This document shows, one piece after another, positions 37,556 to 50,900 of a stretch of DNA of 64,000 bases; the stretch's first letter is position 1; the number at the start of each line of letters is the position of its first letter. This DNA is from Antedon mediterranea (Eukaryota > Animalia > Echinodermata), in NCBI RefSeq assembly GCF_964355755.1, contig NC_092673.1, forward strand, positions 25,975,648-26,039,647, read 5' to 3'. A model generated the notes under the pieces. The model searched no databases, was not told the DNA's origin, and saw nothing but the letters and a program-made list of their open reading frames with translations. A program made the translations under genes and the position numbers.

Positions 37556-39957
37556 TAAGAGGCGAGAGCACAAAATGTGGTTTGGGAGGTACATTCCAAA
37601 CAATCTATTACCTTTCGTAACAAAATGTTTGTTTAGTTATCTTGCCTTATCCCAGCAGCGCTGGATCGATCACTCGCATCATAAATGTTAACTTTAACTT
37701 GTGATGTACCCAAATATGGTAGTGATATAACACCATCATGTTCATATACGGGCACATCACATTTTGTTGTCACATAAAGTTTGATAGTGTAGACAGAGTT
37801 TAAGGCCCCACAATTCCCCACAATTCAATCGCAAAAATAATTGGTTTTATGAGGAAACCTTTCAGTATTAAACCAATTAAGCTAACTAGTTAGGAAACCA
37901 TTTAAATCATCATACATAATCGATCTACAAACTTAACGAGTATTTAATGTTTATTTGTCCGATAACCAGGAAATTACCATTTTCTTTAATTGCAAATGTA
38001 TTTATCGTATTACAATATTCTTGGAAACATCAATGATATCAAGCATTAGAAAAACTGTTTATTTTTCATATTATGATAACTAATAACAAACAACAATTAA
38101 TATGTGCATAATATTGCAAGGATGACCAAAAAAGAGCAAAGCTCGGTTTGGTCACCTTAAAACGACAAAAAAAAGTTACAAACGAAATTTGATCAGTACT
38201 AGATGACTGTTTCTTCAAAATAAAGAGAAATAAAGTTTTGGACAATGACATAAAGTTTGTTTTCGTCTAAGCGAATATATTTCACGCGAATCAACCATTC
38301 CTAGGTTCTGATTAGTGGCACAATTACCAAAGTAGTGGGAAATATGAATACGCATGCGTGTTAGTCAACGCTGTTGGTTCGGCTATTACAGATCACTGGT
38401 TCGCGTGGAAACCCCGCAGCTTAGGGCCTATAGGCTTATACGAGGTGGTATAATATTATGGAAATCATCAGCTTTTTGCGAACGCACATTCCCAAAATAC
38501 CACTATTAAAAAGAGCGCTTCCCAATACGCCAAGTATCTGAAATGCGCACATCCATTTGACACACTCTTTCTCCTCTTTTATCATGTCATTACTTCCAAA
38601 AAGACCTAGGATTCGTAATCTACCTTTCTTTTTATTTTGAAACGAATGAAAGATGCAGTCGTAAGCTGAATCAGTGATCCGCGTTTGACAGGAATATAGC
38701 TTTTGACGAAAGATTACGTTCAAATGATTATTCTAACTAGCTAGGATTGGATTTAATAGAAAAGTGTCTTTAGCAGATTTATTCGAGAAGTAGGTTGGTA
38801 CAAAGTATACGCACCGTAACGCAACAACCTACGCAACGTAAGAAAATGCCCTTCCAATAAATTGTGTTTGTCGCTGCCTGCGTGAAATCAAACCTGAGAT
38901 GTTTGCAGCACTATTGCGCGCGTCGTCGGTTCTCACTTGTGATTACGCAATAGAACACTTTGCGTCGATGAAAAAAAGCAGCAATATATGTTTTAATAAT
39001 AATGGGGAACCCTTATTCAGAGGACACTCCCATTTTGGTCCTCAAATGGATCCCAAATAAAGGGGTTTTAATAATGGTATAGGCGCACGTCACGAACGGT
39101 TTAGACTATGTACAACAATGTATCAAGTGAGAAAATGATTCAAATTCGAGTTAAATCTAATCTAGATTTAAAATTTAGAATTTAAAAAAAGACAAAAAGT
39201 AATACAATTGGTATCTAATTAATGTTTGTTTATTATCATTAATAATGGTAACACAGCGTCAGCATGCAATTGTATTAAAGACTATTGTCATTACAACCAT
39301 AAATACAAACTATTAGAAAAATCAATATTCAATTTCAATGTCAACTTTATGTGAAAAAAAAAAAATGTGATGTGCCCAAATATGGACGTCATATCACTGC
39401 TATATTTAAGCACATCACACTTTTTTGCACACAATAGAATCAATAGTACTATATAGCTATCATTAATGTATTAAATTGTGACGTTTAAATAAGCTTTTTT
39501 TCACACACTGTAGAATGCTTTGGAAAGATAACAGGCAAAATATACAAATATAAATAAGAAAAACATTATACAACTTTTGAATACAATTGATAGAGAAAAC
39601 ATGATTATTATACATCTATAAAGTGATATTTCTTGCTAAATTTATGAATATTTTGTTTGTACAATGTAAACTAATGATTTATAACAAGCGCACACTAAAA
39701 GCACCTATCCTTTGAGCCTGTTCAGGTTCAATCATTTACCCGGGTTTAGGTATGGACCAATTATAGCTTTGGTGGGCAGATCACTAACTTACCCTGGTCA
39801 ATAACTATGCATCCTTTGAATCCTTGTCTACACTATCAAACTTTAAATGATGTCATATCCGTACCATATTTAGGAATATCACTACCATATTTGGGCACAT
39901 TACACCTTTTTTCTCAAACTAGTTTGATAGTGTAGACAGAGCTTAAGTACAAACTAA

Positions 39958-40061
39958 AGCTCTGTCTACACTATCAAACTTTACGTGACAAAAAAATGTG
40001 TGATCATGTCCATGGGCACATCACATTTTTTTGTCACATGTTTGATTGTGTGGACAGAGCT
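39958..40061. mobile_element. MITE family B (AGCTCTGTCTACACTATCAAACT TIRs)
   Basis: TIR pair with TWA flanks. Other copies at ~29092-29240, ~37700-37801, ~39821-39943, ~44790-44912, 45307-45432, ~46839-46905, 48873-49001, 51542-51683 and 51689-51848. Confidence 0.8.
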
Positions 40062-40217
40062 TTAGAAAACTTGGATGTAAATGACGGGCTAATACACCAA
40101 TGTGAAAGCTAAACACTATGCCATGAGTAACAATGGTTATATCTCCATTGAGAAATTAAAAATTAGGAGGTAGAAAGGGATAAATGGCAAGCTAATTCTC
40201 TTAATAAAGCCGTAAAC

Positions 40218-40525
40218 CAGGGGTTCTCAACTGATGAAATGCAGGCTGTATTTGGCTTGACAAACAGCGACTGCTTAAAGAAAATAAATGTTAAAAAAGG
40301 GTTTAATGTCACCTGGGTGGAGAGAGGCAAACGTAAGTAAAGTATCTTGCCTAAGGATACAAGCAATGCGGCGAGAGTTGGATTCGAACCTCGATTTCAC
40401 GATCAGTACTCGAACGTCTAACACACTGGGCCACAAAGCCCATACGATTCTATATTATTATTCTATGTTATTCTATATCTAATCTAACAATCTGGCCCAG
40501 GGTAGAAAACAGTTGAGAACCCCTG
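40218..40525. mobile_element. hAT/Charlie-like MITE containing a tRNA-derived SINE fragment
   Basis: TIR CAGGGGTTCTCAACTG / CAGTTGAGAACCCCTG. Inside (~40302-40434, - strand) a head with A-box-like TGGCCCAGTGTG, B box GGTTCGAATCC and core-like GTATCCTTAGGCAAGATACTTT. Confidence 0.65.
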
Positions 40526-41977
40526 CCTTTAGGACATAATACAGCACAACCTAGATGTGTATACTGGCACAAAATATAGGTAGCACACGCCCGGATACAC
40601 CCACATTTTAGAGGTTTTTTAGAGGCACAGAAAATGGTTTGATTTGTCTATAAATCTCTAGACCTCAAATCAAATCAAATCAACATTTATTTCTTCCACA
40701 TAATTAAGAACAAATATCCAATATAAATTGTAAAATGAAGGAAGAGGGCAAAACTCAAAAAGTAACGCCAGATGAAAAACAGAAATTCTATTAATCAAAA
40801 GACCTTGTGGCGAGCTAGCCCTAAATGAATGATAAAAATAAAAATTACATTATTAAAAAAGTAATAGAGCAAAACGGTATTTGAACAGTTAACAAAAAAA
40901 ATTGACTGTGGTGAATGGGTAGGTTTTAAACACATACAACGTTTTACTATATACATATTTAACAATAATGTATAATAATAAATTACTATTATTAATATTG
41001 TTTATCTATCATGATTTTTACACAAAAAAATATTTTCTTTTAATGACTAATAAAATTTGTGTTTACGATAAACATTTATCAAAACTACCATCGTATCCTT
41101 TCACAAAAAAATTGGTCCACATGTATTATTTACATATTATAAATCTCTTATATCAATAACAAAACACAATTATTATTATTATTATATATTAATTTCACTG
41201 AAGCACAACCACAGGCAAATAATTAGAGTTGTATAATAGTAAAAATATTTGAAAAACAAAGAAATAAGATAATACCTTTCTGTCAAAACATTTTAATTTA
41301 CCGGAAATTTAGTTTCAAACTAGTATTATTATTATTATTTAATACCTAAGATTTGCAACCCTTATGACCCATGATGTCCAAAATACATACAAATTAAGTT
41401 GATATTCATATTAAGTACAGTAGAAGCTCTCTCTCCCATTCTGGGGAAATGGACAAGGGACAACATATATATTACAGTAAAACCCTATTCAGGGACACCC
41501 CTACTAAGTCAACACTTGTCCATAAAGTGAAATTTTAAAAAAATTTGAAATATAGAGACATAATGTGTCCTTTAATTAAAGTGAAATTTGATGAAATAAA
41601 GAGTAAAAGTGGCTGCTACATCATTTAATACCAAAAGAATTGTTATGCATGCATTTTGGAGATTAAAAGATAATCTAAAATGAACCCATTTAAAAAAAAA
41701 AGTCTAATATTAATAATAGTAAAGCAAATTGAAAAAACCCCTGTATGTAAATGAGTAACAGGTTATAGGCCATTATAACATTCATGTGCACAAAGTTAAT
41801 GTATTGTACAAAGGCAAATCTTCTACAAATAGAAAATAGAGGAGAGAGGGGTAGGGATACAGGGGGAAGAGAGAAGGATGAGGAGCGGAGAGCACTAATA
41901 ACACCTATATGCAAATGAACAGATTCACACGGAGGCAAATGTGTCTCCCACCTGGATTTAAGTTTGACTGTTCTCAA

Positions 41978-44900
41978 TCAAATAATGTCAACATGACAAT
42001 ATTCTCCGGTATCTAGATTCTTAGCAATGATTTGGTTAGGGTCTGCATTTGGTACTCTGTGCTCCACAAACACTCTTCTGTTACATACATCCTATGGAAA
42101 TATAAACATTTCCTCATAAATAAAATCATTCTTGAAAAAATCATATCAATTAATAACCATACGGAAAAGAGTGAGTGGCCGAGCCATAACATCGGCAAGG
42201 GTTCGAGGCTCACTCGCTCCATGGTTCTGGTGGTAGAACGAGTCTTCTCGGATAAGAACGAAACACCAATAATATATTGTTTGATGTGCCTAAATATGGT
42301 AGTGATATGTCCAAATATGGTAGTGATATGACATCATAATGTCCTTATATGGGCACATCACATTTTTGTGTTCGTTCAAGTGGATAGCAACTTTTGCATG
42401 CTCAATGTGAAATACTATTACTCCTAGTTCTTCTGAACACACAACAGATTTCTATGACATTAATTTGTTTTTATAATTTATTGTTTTATTTCTTGTTTTG
42501 TTCAGACCATTCTAAAATGTCAACAAAACAAGTTTACACAACACACAGATTTTTAAATAAGCTTTTCAGCCATTCCAATTTGTTTATCCTGAAGATTGCC
42601 TAGATAACTAAAGGTCACAAGTGTCTAACCTTTGCCTTATGACCTTTTTTGACAATTAAACGACAATTACGTTTACTATTGGGAATCGAAAGCGATTCTT
42701 AAATCATTGAAACGATGAATTACTCGTGCTACTGAGATCATAATCACCGAAATAGTATTTGTGATTTATAAGGAGATGGGGTTATCCTCCTAGCGATAAG
42801 CATAATAGCTTAATAGAAGTAATTTAGAAAAAAATGAAATATTCTATCAGAAATGTAGGTTATAGGCCTGCATTGACATTTAACATTGCTTTTATAATCA
42901 AATCATAAAGCCTATGTGTAGAATTTCATCAATGCGGCTCAGGTGCTGCATCGGCAAAATTACGCACAACTCAAATACATGTATCCAACAACATCTAACT
43001 TCCAATGTCACACAAATAACATGGTCAAATTAAAAGCAAGAATTTACCTCCAATTAAATTCAAATTAACAAGACAATATATGTAAAAAAATTGGAAAAAA
43101 TACTTATTTGAATGCCAAGTTAAACCTGTTAACTTTAACTGCTTCTAATGTGGGCTAACTGAAATACTGTATGGCTTAAATTGTAGATTTGAGTAGCTTA
43201 TTGTGTTATTTTTTATATTCAATTCAAAACACTTTATTATCCCAAACTGGAAAATTTACTTGGTCGTCTTAACAACAATGTCAATTAGTCTTATATTCAT
43301 CTGAATGATGACTAAGCCAGGACTGTTTAAACCACCTTTGGCAAGAGCTTCTCTCGTTCAGTGCCCACCTTAACCAGAGGAGAGGCATAAGCCAAAATAT
43401 GTCTGAGGCAGATACTAGATGCAGGGGCTGCCATAAGAGTCAGCAGTGCTGATTTCAAATGCCTAACGGGACACCAGCTCCATATACAGTACCCGGTATT
43501 CCCCGATGGTCTCTCATCCAAGCTCTAACCGGGCCCAACCAGATCCAATAAAATAACTAAAAACTTCATAGTGCTAGTAAGACAACTTTGAAATAATGAA
43601 ATAATTATCAATAAAAAAAAGGATGTGACTATATAGTATGATTTAACACTAATCTAGTAACTCAACATGTGTCGACAAGTGGCGACTTAAATCAGTCATG
43701 CGTGTAGAAATATTTTTAAAAACACAATAACTGGCAAAATAATTACACTTCCGGTAAAACAGAATCAACCCTGTACCACATTGAATACTACTTTAATATT
43801 TCAGACAGGCAAGATCAAAACAAAGTTTAAATTTAACTCATTTTACAAGATTATATCTGACTTTGTAATATTTTAATCTAAGGTATCTTATTGACGGAAA
43901 AACATTTCCAACTATACCACCAGGTACATAATTTGTTTTGTTTGATAATATCTCTCCCTCAAATTGATCGAGGAAATTGGACCTCTACGAACTCACAGTA
44001 GTCGTGGACTGCAGTGGCATAACGCAGAGGCCTTTGGCCCCTGGTTTAGGAACTCCAAGTGGCCCTCCAACGCTGGAGGCCTCGGGCGTTTTTAGCCCTG
44101 GTCAACATAATTTAATTCCTGTATTTTCCTCTGGACACTGCTCAAGTGCTCCCATAAGCTCCGGGGCCCCTAGGTTTAGCCAGTTGAGCGCCCACTGGTG
44201 GGCATAGATATAACAATGAACATTCCTATTCTAAATGTTCCTAATTTAAAATAGATTCATTAAAATGGAATGAAGCCTAGTATCTTTTTTTAATTTGTAT
44301 ACAAGATACAAAATTAATGATGAATAGTGTATCCAAGGTGCAAACAGGGTTTAGTTTAAATTATCAACAACACAAACAAATTTTAATCTAGCTCCAGCTA
44401 TCACGTTATTATTTCGACTTCAACAAAACAATGTACATAAATCCTGTTCATATTCTCTATTCAAGATAGGCATAAATATAGCTACTGTTGTGGTTAAGAT
44501 AAAATTATTTTAAAAAAACCAAAAAGTTAATTTTAGATAACCTTAGTTGTTTTGTCAGTTTAAAAAAAATGTTAAATGGCATTTAGATACATAAGAATGT
44601 GCGTAAATTCCAGATGATTGTTCAGAGAAATATATTTCAATCAATGAATAATATGCGAAGCATTGTGAGGTATGTAAAATGCATCACATACAATAAAAAA
44701 CTACAGTAATTCAAATATACATTAAAATCCAATTCAAATCATAGAAAGTGTGTAAACTGCTAGGCAACTTTATTCAGAGAAAACTCTAAAGACCTGTCTA
44801 CACTATCAAACTTTATGTGCCCATATATAGACATGATGATGTCATATCACTACTATATTTACCATAATTGGGCACATTACACTTTTTCTGTCAAACTAGT

Positions 44901-47900
44901 GTAGACAGAGGTTAAGCAGGATAATTCCACCAGTTAAAATACATTATTATTAGTTTGGCAATATTTAGTGAATTCAATATCCCATCAATCTACAAATAGA
45001 TTTTTTTAATTTGATAATTGGAAGAATTTTGGATTAAAAAGCAGTTTTCCTACCCCAAAAAAATGATCAAAAATAAGTACACATACCTGGAGGTAACGTA
45101 CAGCAGCTGAAGAGACCTTTGAGCAGCCTGAGATGTATAGACACTTGAGGTCAGGGCAATTGTTGGCTAGAGCTAGCACACTTTTATTGGTTAGGCTGTG
45201 AACACCAGATAATACTACCTCTTTCAGTGGACAACATCGTGCCAATTCAGTCAAACCACTATCAGACACCTAATAAAGATAAAACAAAAACCTCAAAATG
45301 ATCTTAAGCTCTGTCTAGACTAAAAATGTGATGTGCCCATATCTAGATATGATGATGTCATATCACTACTATATTTGGGCAGGTACATCACACTTTTTTT
45401 TATCAAACTAGTTTAATAGTGTAGACAGAGCTTTAGATGAATACTATTTATTTGTTTTAGTACTAGCTATAAAGTCACACAGTTGGAATGTTCCGGCCTC
45501 TGGCATGAAGATTGGGAAACCTTAGAGGAAAGGGACGGTAAAGTGCACCCATAGGCAGGATACAGTATGTTCTCTATGTGTGTATATAACAATTAGAGGA
45601 AAGGGACGGTAAAGTGCACCCCTAGGCAGGATACAGTATGTTCTCTATGTGTGTATATAACAATTATTTTTTATAACTTTTTAACACATTGACTGCCAAG
45701 GCATTTTCCGTAATTTCTGTCCCAGTGCCAAGTCCCGTTTACATATTAAATTACAGTTTGAAAGTGTAACATCTGGTCACAGACTATCATGATGGGGTCA
45801 ATATCTGACCCCCATCCTCTGACCCACCCTATCATCGAGAGATAAAAACAGTAAACCACACTGAATCATTTCATTCTTTATTATTTTTATTTACTATTAG
45901 CGCAATTTATGACATGTTTGAGATGATTATATTGAGTGTGAGGGCGCCATCGTATCAACCATATTCAATGCATGAGGGAATAAACACAAACAAACATATG
46001 ACATTTATTTTTAGATTATCGTTTACGTACATCATTCATAAACTGCCATGCGATAATTCCTGTTCCAATCACCACTGCCAGCGATTCTACATACAATACA
46101 AAAGTGCTACGATTTTGACGTAGTATTACGTCTTGGCAAGTAGCGACACGCAATTTTTGACGTATAAATACGCCGTGGCAGTGAACGTGTTAATATTGTC
46201 TGTACTTTTCAATTGTTTGAACATTGTTCATGTATTTTAAACTGCAGTGTATTGATCAACAAAGATTTTCCGATTTTTATATGAATTAGGCCAACAAAAG
46301 ATGAATTATTGAATATCTTCATCCCTAAATTTCATTTAATACTCCTTTTCATATCGATTTTGATTATTTTATTTATTTTGGTAGTACTGTATACCATTCA
46401 CATAGAACAAGATGGCACAACAGAAATGGTAACAGATATATAATCTAAACACTAAGATTTACATCTTGAGGGTAACATGAAACAAAAACAACATTAAACT
46501 TAAGCCTCTTGCTCTAAAACGAGTAATAGACACAGAAGCAGAAAAACAACACCATAAATAAATAATTCAGAAATTATGAACATATATAGTGTACAGAAGC
46601 AGTTACCAGAAAATAATGAGAATATGTTATGACTTTCAATGCCTAACAAATAAGGAGAGGATATGAGAGGTGAACGATGTCACATGATATCACATTGTGT
46701 GCTTCCTTTATCATGCTTTGGACAATATCAAGGGTAACTTGGGAGCAACAGGTATTGATAACCATGGCCTGGCGAAAATTATCAATTACAAAAGAATTTC
46801 CTGGAAAAGGATTACAATGACAAAGCCAAAACCTATTAAGCTCTGTCCACACTATCAAACTTTATTTGACAAAAAAATCTGATGTGCCTAAATATGGACA
46901 TGATGAAAACTGCAATTTTAAACTTCTTTATTGTCAAGGGGATAAAAAGAAAATCTGTATGGTGTCTTTCAACATCATAATTTCCTTAAATTAGTCACAG
47001 ATAGTGACTCCTGAGTCCTAGGGTTCGAAAAAGCAAGTTTAAAATTAAGATCTCTGGGGAACCAGGCTAAAAAATTAATTGGGCTGGTTAATGTTCAAGC
47101 AATAACATTATTTGCTTTCATTATCTTGGTTGGAATGAGAAGAGAAACATTCTTTATCATCTATAACAAACTGAAACTAAATTAAAACCAGTCATAACAT
47201 TCAATCTTTGCAGCGCAAGTAAAAAATAGATGTGCTGTTGTATTTCAAGAGCAATAGTATAAAAAAAAAAAATGCGAAAAGATTTTTGTTGCTTACAAAA
47301 AAGTTCTATTGAACAACCGTTCAAAAGTGCATACTATTGCATGGCATGTAACCAACAATCGTCCAATCAAATGACAGGAATTTATTTAGATGTTATATAC
47401 ATTATGAATAAAACATATACCATACTTTGTCACTACAATAGATGAACCATGAAGAAAAAGCAAGTAACATATGAAAACACTAAAAAGACATTTGTTAAAA
47501 TAAATTACTAAATTACTTGATTGATTTAGTGTGCAATACCATTAAGTTCAGAAACCAGAAATAGAGGAGATATTGAAAGCAACAACAACTTAGTACAGTG
47601 AAACATTTGAAGGTCAGTCAATGTGCTATAATTGACAATTGAATATAATTTAACCCAATTAGATGTACATTATCCATTTCAAGTGACCGCCATGAGTTTA
47701 TTTAACTATATCATTATAATAAATAAGCAGTTTGCGAAATGAACAAGATCATTTATAGCATGACTTGCCTGGATTACAGTAAGCGGTTACAATTTAAATA
47801 TATTTTTATTTTCTTTCCTTTAAATGAATGTAAATAAATAAACTGAAGATATTTAAAAAATTTGTGCAACAGAATTCTGCATCTAAAATAAGATGTTAGT

Positions 47901-50900
47901 GTATTTTATTTATCTATATGTACTGTCTGAGGATGTCTAAGGATGGATAAGCAAGCCTGCGAGCTACAGCGATTTTAATTGCTTTTGCTTATCCTTGCCT
48001 CCTTAGATTTCCGCCTGTCTTGTTTTTTTTTTATCTTTGTTTAAATGTATTTTGATTTTGAAGGCTAACTAAAGAATGAATGAATGAACTCAAAACTGCT
48101 AAAAAACCTCCATGTAAATAGATATGACTGAAATACATACCTGGTTTGTGTTGGCGATGCAACTTTTGAGTGAAATTTCCTTTAATTTGTGACAATTATT
48201 AGCAATGGTGTGCAGCATGGCATCATCCAACACCTTTAATCCAGCCATATACAGCCCTTCTAGGTTAGGACATGATGTCACTATAGCTACTAACACATGG
48301 TATTGTATCTGTAACAATAAAAATACGTTACACAATTCAGAACTTTACAACATTGATTTTTAGTAGTTTTTAGCGCATTTGGATTAAATATATGTTGGTA
48401 CAGTATGTGAATTATTATTCATAAACTACATGTAAAGAGGAGTAATCCTATCTATTATGATCATGACCGTGAAAAACATTTTTTTTTGGCCGATGTGTTT
48501 ACTTAAAATAATTATACACATTGTTTATTTATTTTACTTATTTATTTATAAACTTATTTTACATGGATGACATTTTCATTAAAAATAATGTTCTTACAAA
48601 TGGTCCATGATAAAAGAAATGTATGCATAAAAGTGAATATTCATAAGTTACAAAACATTTTTGTTGTTGTTTTAGATTATAGAAAAACATACAAGAACAA
48701 TTACATTTTAAATACAGATACAGAATAATAATAATAAACAGCTAAGTAAGTTTACTGCAGGGACTGCCTCATAAACTTCTACATTGAAACAAACTAAAAT
48801 AATACATTATACTTATAGAAGTAAGTATTTACTGCAGTAACTGCAGTAGAATAATGTTGACATGATCCCCAAAGCTCTGTCTACACTATCAAACTTTATG
48901 TGACAAAAAATATATGGACATGATGATGTCATATCACTACTATCTTTGGGCATCATATCAACATTTTGTTGTCAAACTAGTTTGATAGTGCAGACAGAGC
49001 TTTATACAATACATACATCTCTACATCCGCTGAGTCTTATGGACCGGAGACTTTCAGCTCTTTTACTGTCTGCTAACAACTTCAAAAGTGGCTCTCCTGT
49101 AATTCTCATGCAAAAGGCAAGTGCCAGCTCCTCCAGGTTGATACAATACTTAACAATTGTCCTGTGAACAAATAATATAAAAACATATAGACTGGATACA
49201 GAGACTCCAGTAGTAATGTAATGGTGACATCGATATTGTGTGGGATACACATCTCTTATGCAATTTGACATGAACACAATTTTGTATGTTATCTAAAAAT
49301 TTGAGGTTAATTTGTTGAAAATACATAGTATCAAGTTCTAACCAAGGGAATCGCTTATTTATTTTATTGTGATGGGTCAACAAGTTTAATTTTTTCACAG
49401 CATCCAACCTGGAAATCTGAAAGTACTGTGTTATTTTGTCCCCAGCTTTCAATTAAACTTGTTGACAACCACTCCTAGACCTCTTTAAATACATCTCTGC
49501 ATGTATAGTTGTGATGCTTAATGAATGTATTGATGAATTAGTTAAAGTGCTTACTTCAAAGTAGAGTCACACGCTGACTGGTTACAACCACTCAGATCCA
49601 GTTTGATTAGTTTATCACCGATGCAGCCAAATATCTAAATATTGAACAAATAATAATTATTGCCAAAATAAAATAATAAAAAGTCTAAAAGGCTTCCTGT
49701 ATTATGTAGGTAAATTATTACAGAGGGCGACAAACACAATAAATATTTTAACCTTGCATTTAAATGCACAATGCATTGCTCCACAATACAGATTTGTACT
49801 GTATAATTTCTTTAGTATAATAGGCAAATTCTGTGATACAGCATATTATGTGTTTCACATGTGATGCCTGTTTCCTAAACCCAAACCTTCCATGATACAT
49901 GGCATCATATACAGACATCCATGATACAGGAACTCGCCTATGATATTGGACAAAGTATTGGCATACGTGGCGATATAGCACTGAGAATCGGGTTCATTCG
50001 GACATTTTGAACTTTGCACCAACCTTCTCGACATGTGTTTCGTTTAGTGAGTTCACACCACATAACTTCAGGTCATAGATGTTTGGCAGCCTTGCAAGAG
50101 CGTTATGCAGCATATCTCCATCAGTTTGAAGTCCTCCAAGGGAGAGTGATGTGATGCTTTGAGGCAGATATTCAAGAACGTCTTGATATGGATCATCCAG
50201 AATCCGATAGCAGAATGATAGATCAAGGTCTTGCAAGTTTGAACAATTTGAAAATAACTAAAAACAAAAATGATATCAAAATTAAAGATTTTTTTTCTAA
50301 ATGAAGCATCACAAATTTAATTTTGTTTTTGTTGATTTACAGTATATGCATGTTCCATGTCTTGCGAATTCTGTGATTTTCTTTCAAGGAGTACATACAC
50401 TATGGTTTTTAAATTTTGCTTCATTATTTTTCTTTCACCAACTTAAAAATTTACTAAGATTAAAAACAATTAGTAGTGTAAACTCCAGTCTATATACACT
50501 ATAACTTTCTAGAAACATACAACGTAGAAACAAAGAGTAGAAACCCCTCCTTATGAACAGTTGTGGGATTACTAAAATTAAAAACAATAACTTTCTAGAA
50601 ACATACAACGTATAAACGAACAGTAGAAACCCCTCCTTATAAACACCCCTACATTAAGAGGTAAAACGAACGATGGCTAATATGTCAACAATACGACCTA
50701 GTTCTTTATGTCCTGAAGGTATCCTTTCAATAGGGGTTCTAATGTACATATTCAATACACAATGGTTCAGTATACAAAGCCAAACTGTGATTCGGTCTGT
50801 TCATATTTGTATTTGAATCCTCCTACCTGTAGCATACACTCTCCAGTAATTCTATTACATCCATGAAGACACAATCTACAAAAATAAATAAATGTTTAAT

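Noticed and set aside
43486-43540. Functional 5S rRNA gene
   Set aside because: Only the 3' half is present, with several substitutions and no oligo-T terminator; treated as a SINE head.
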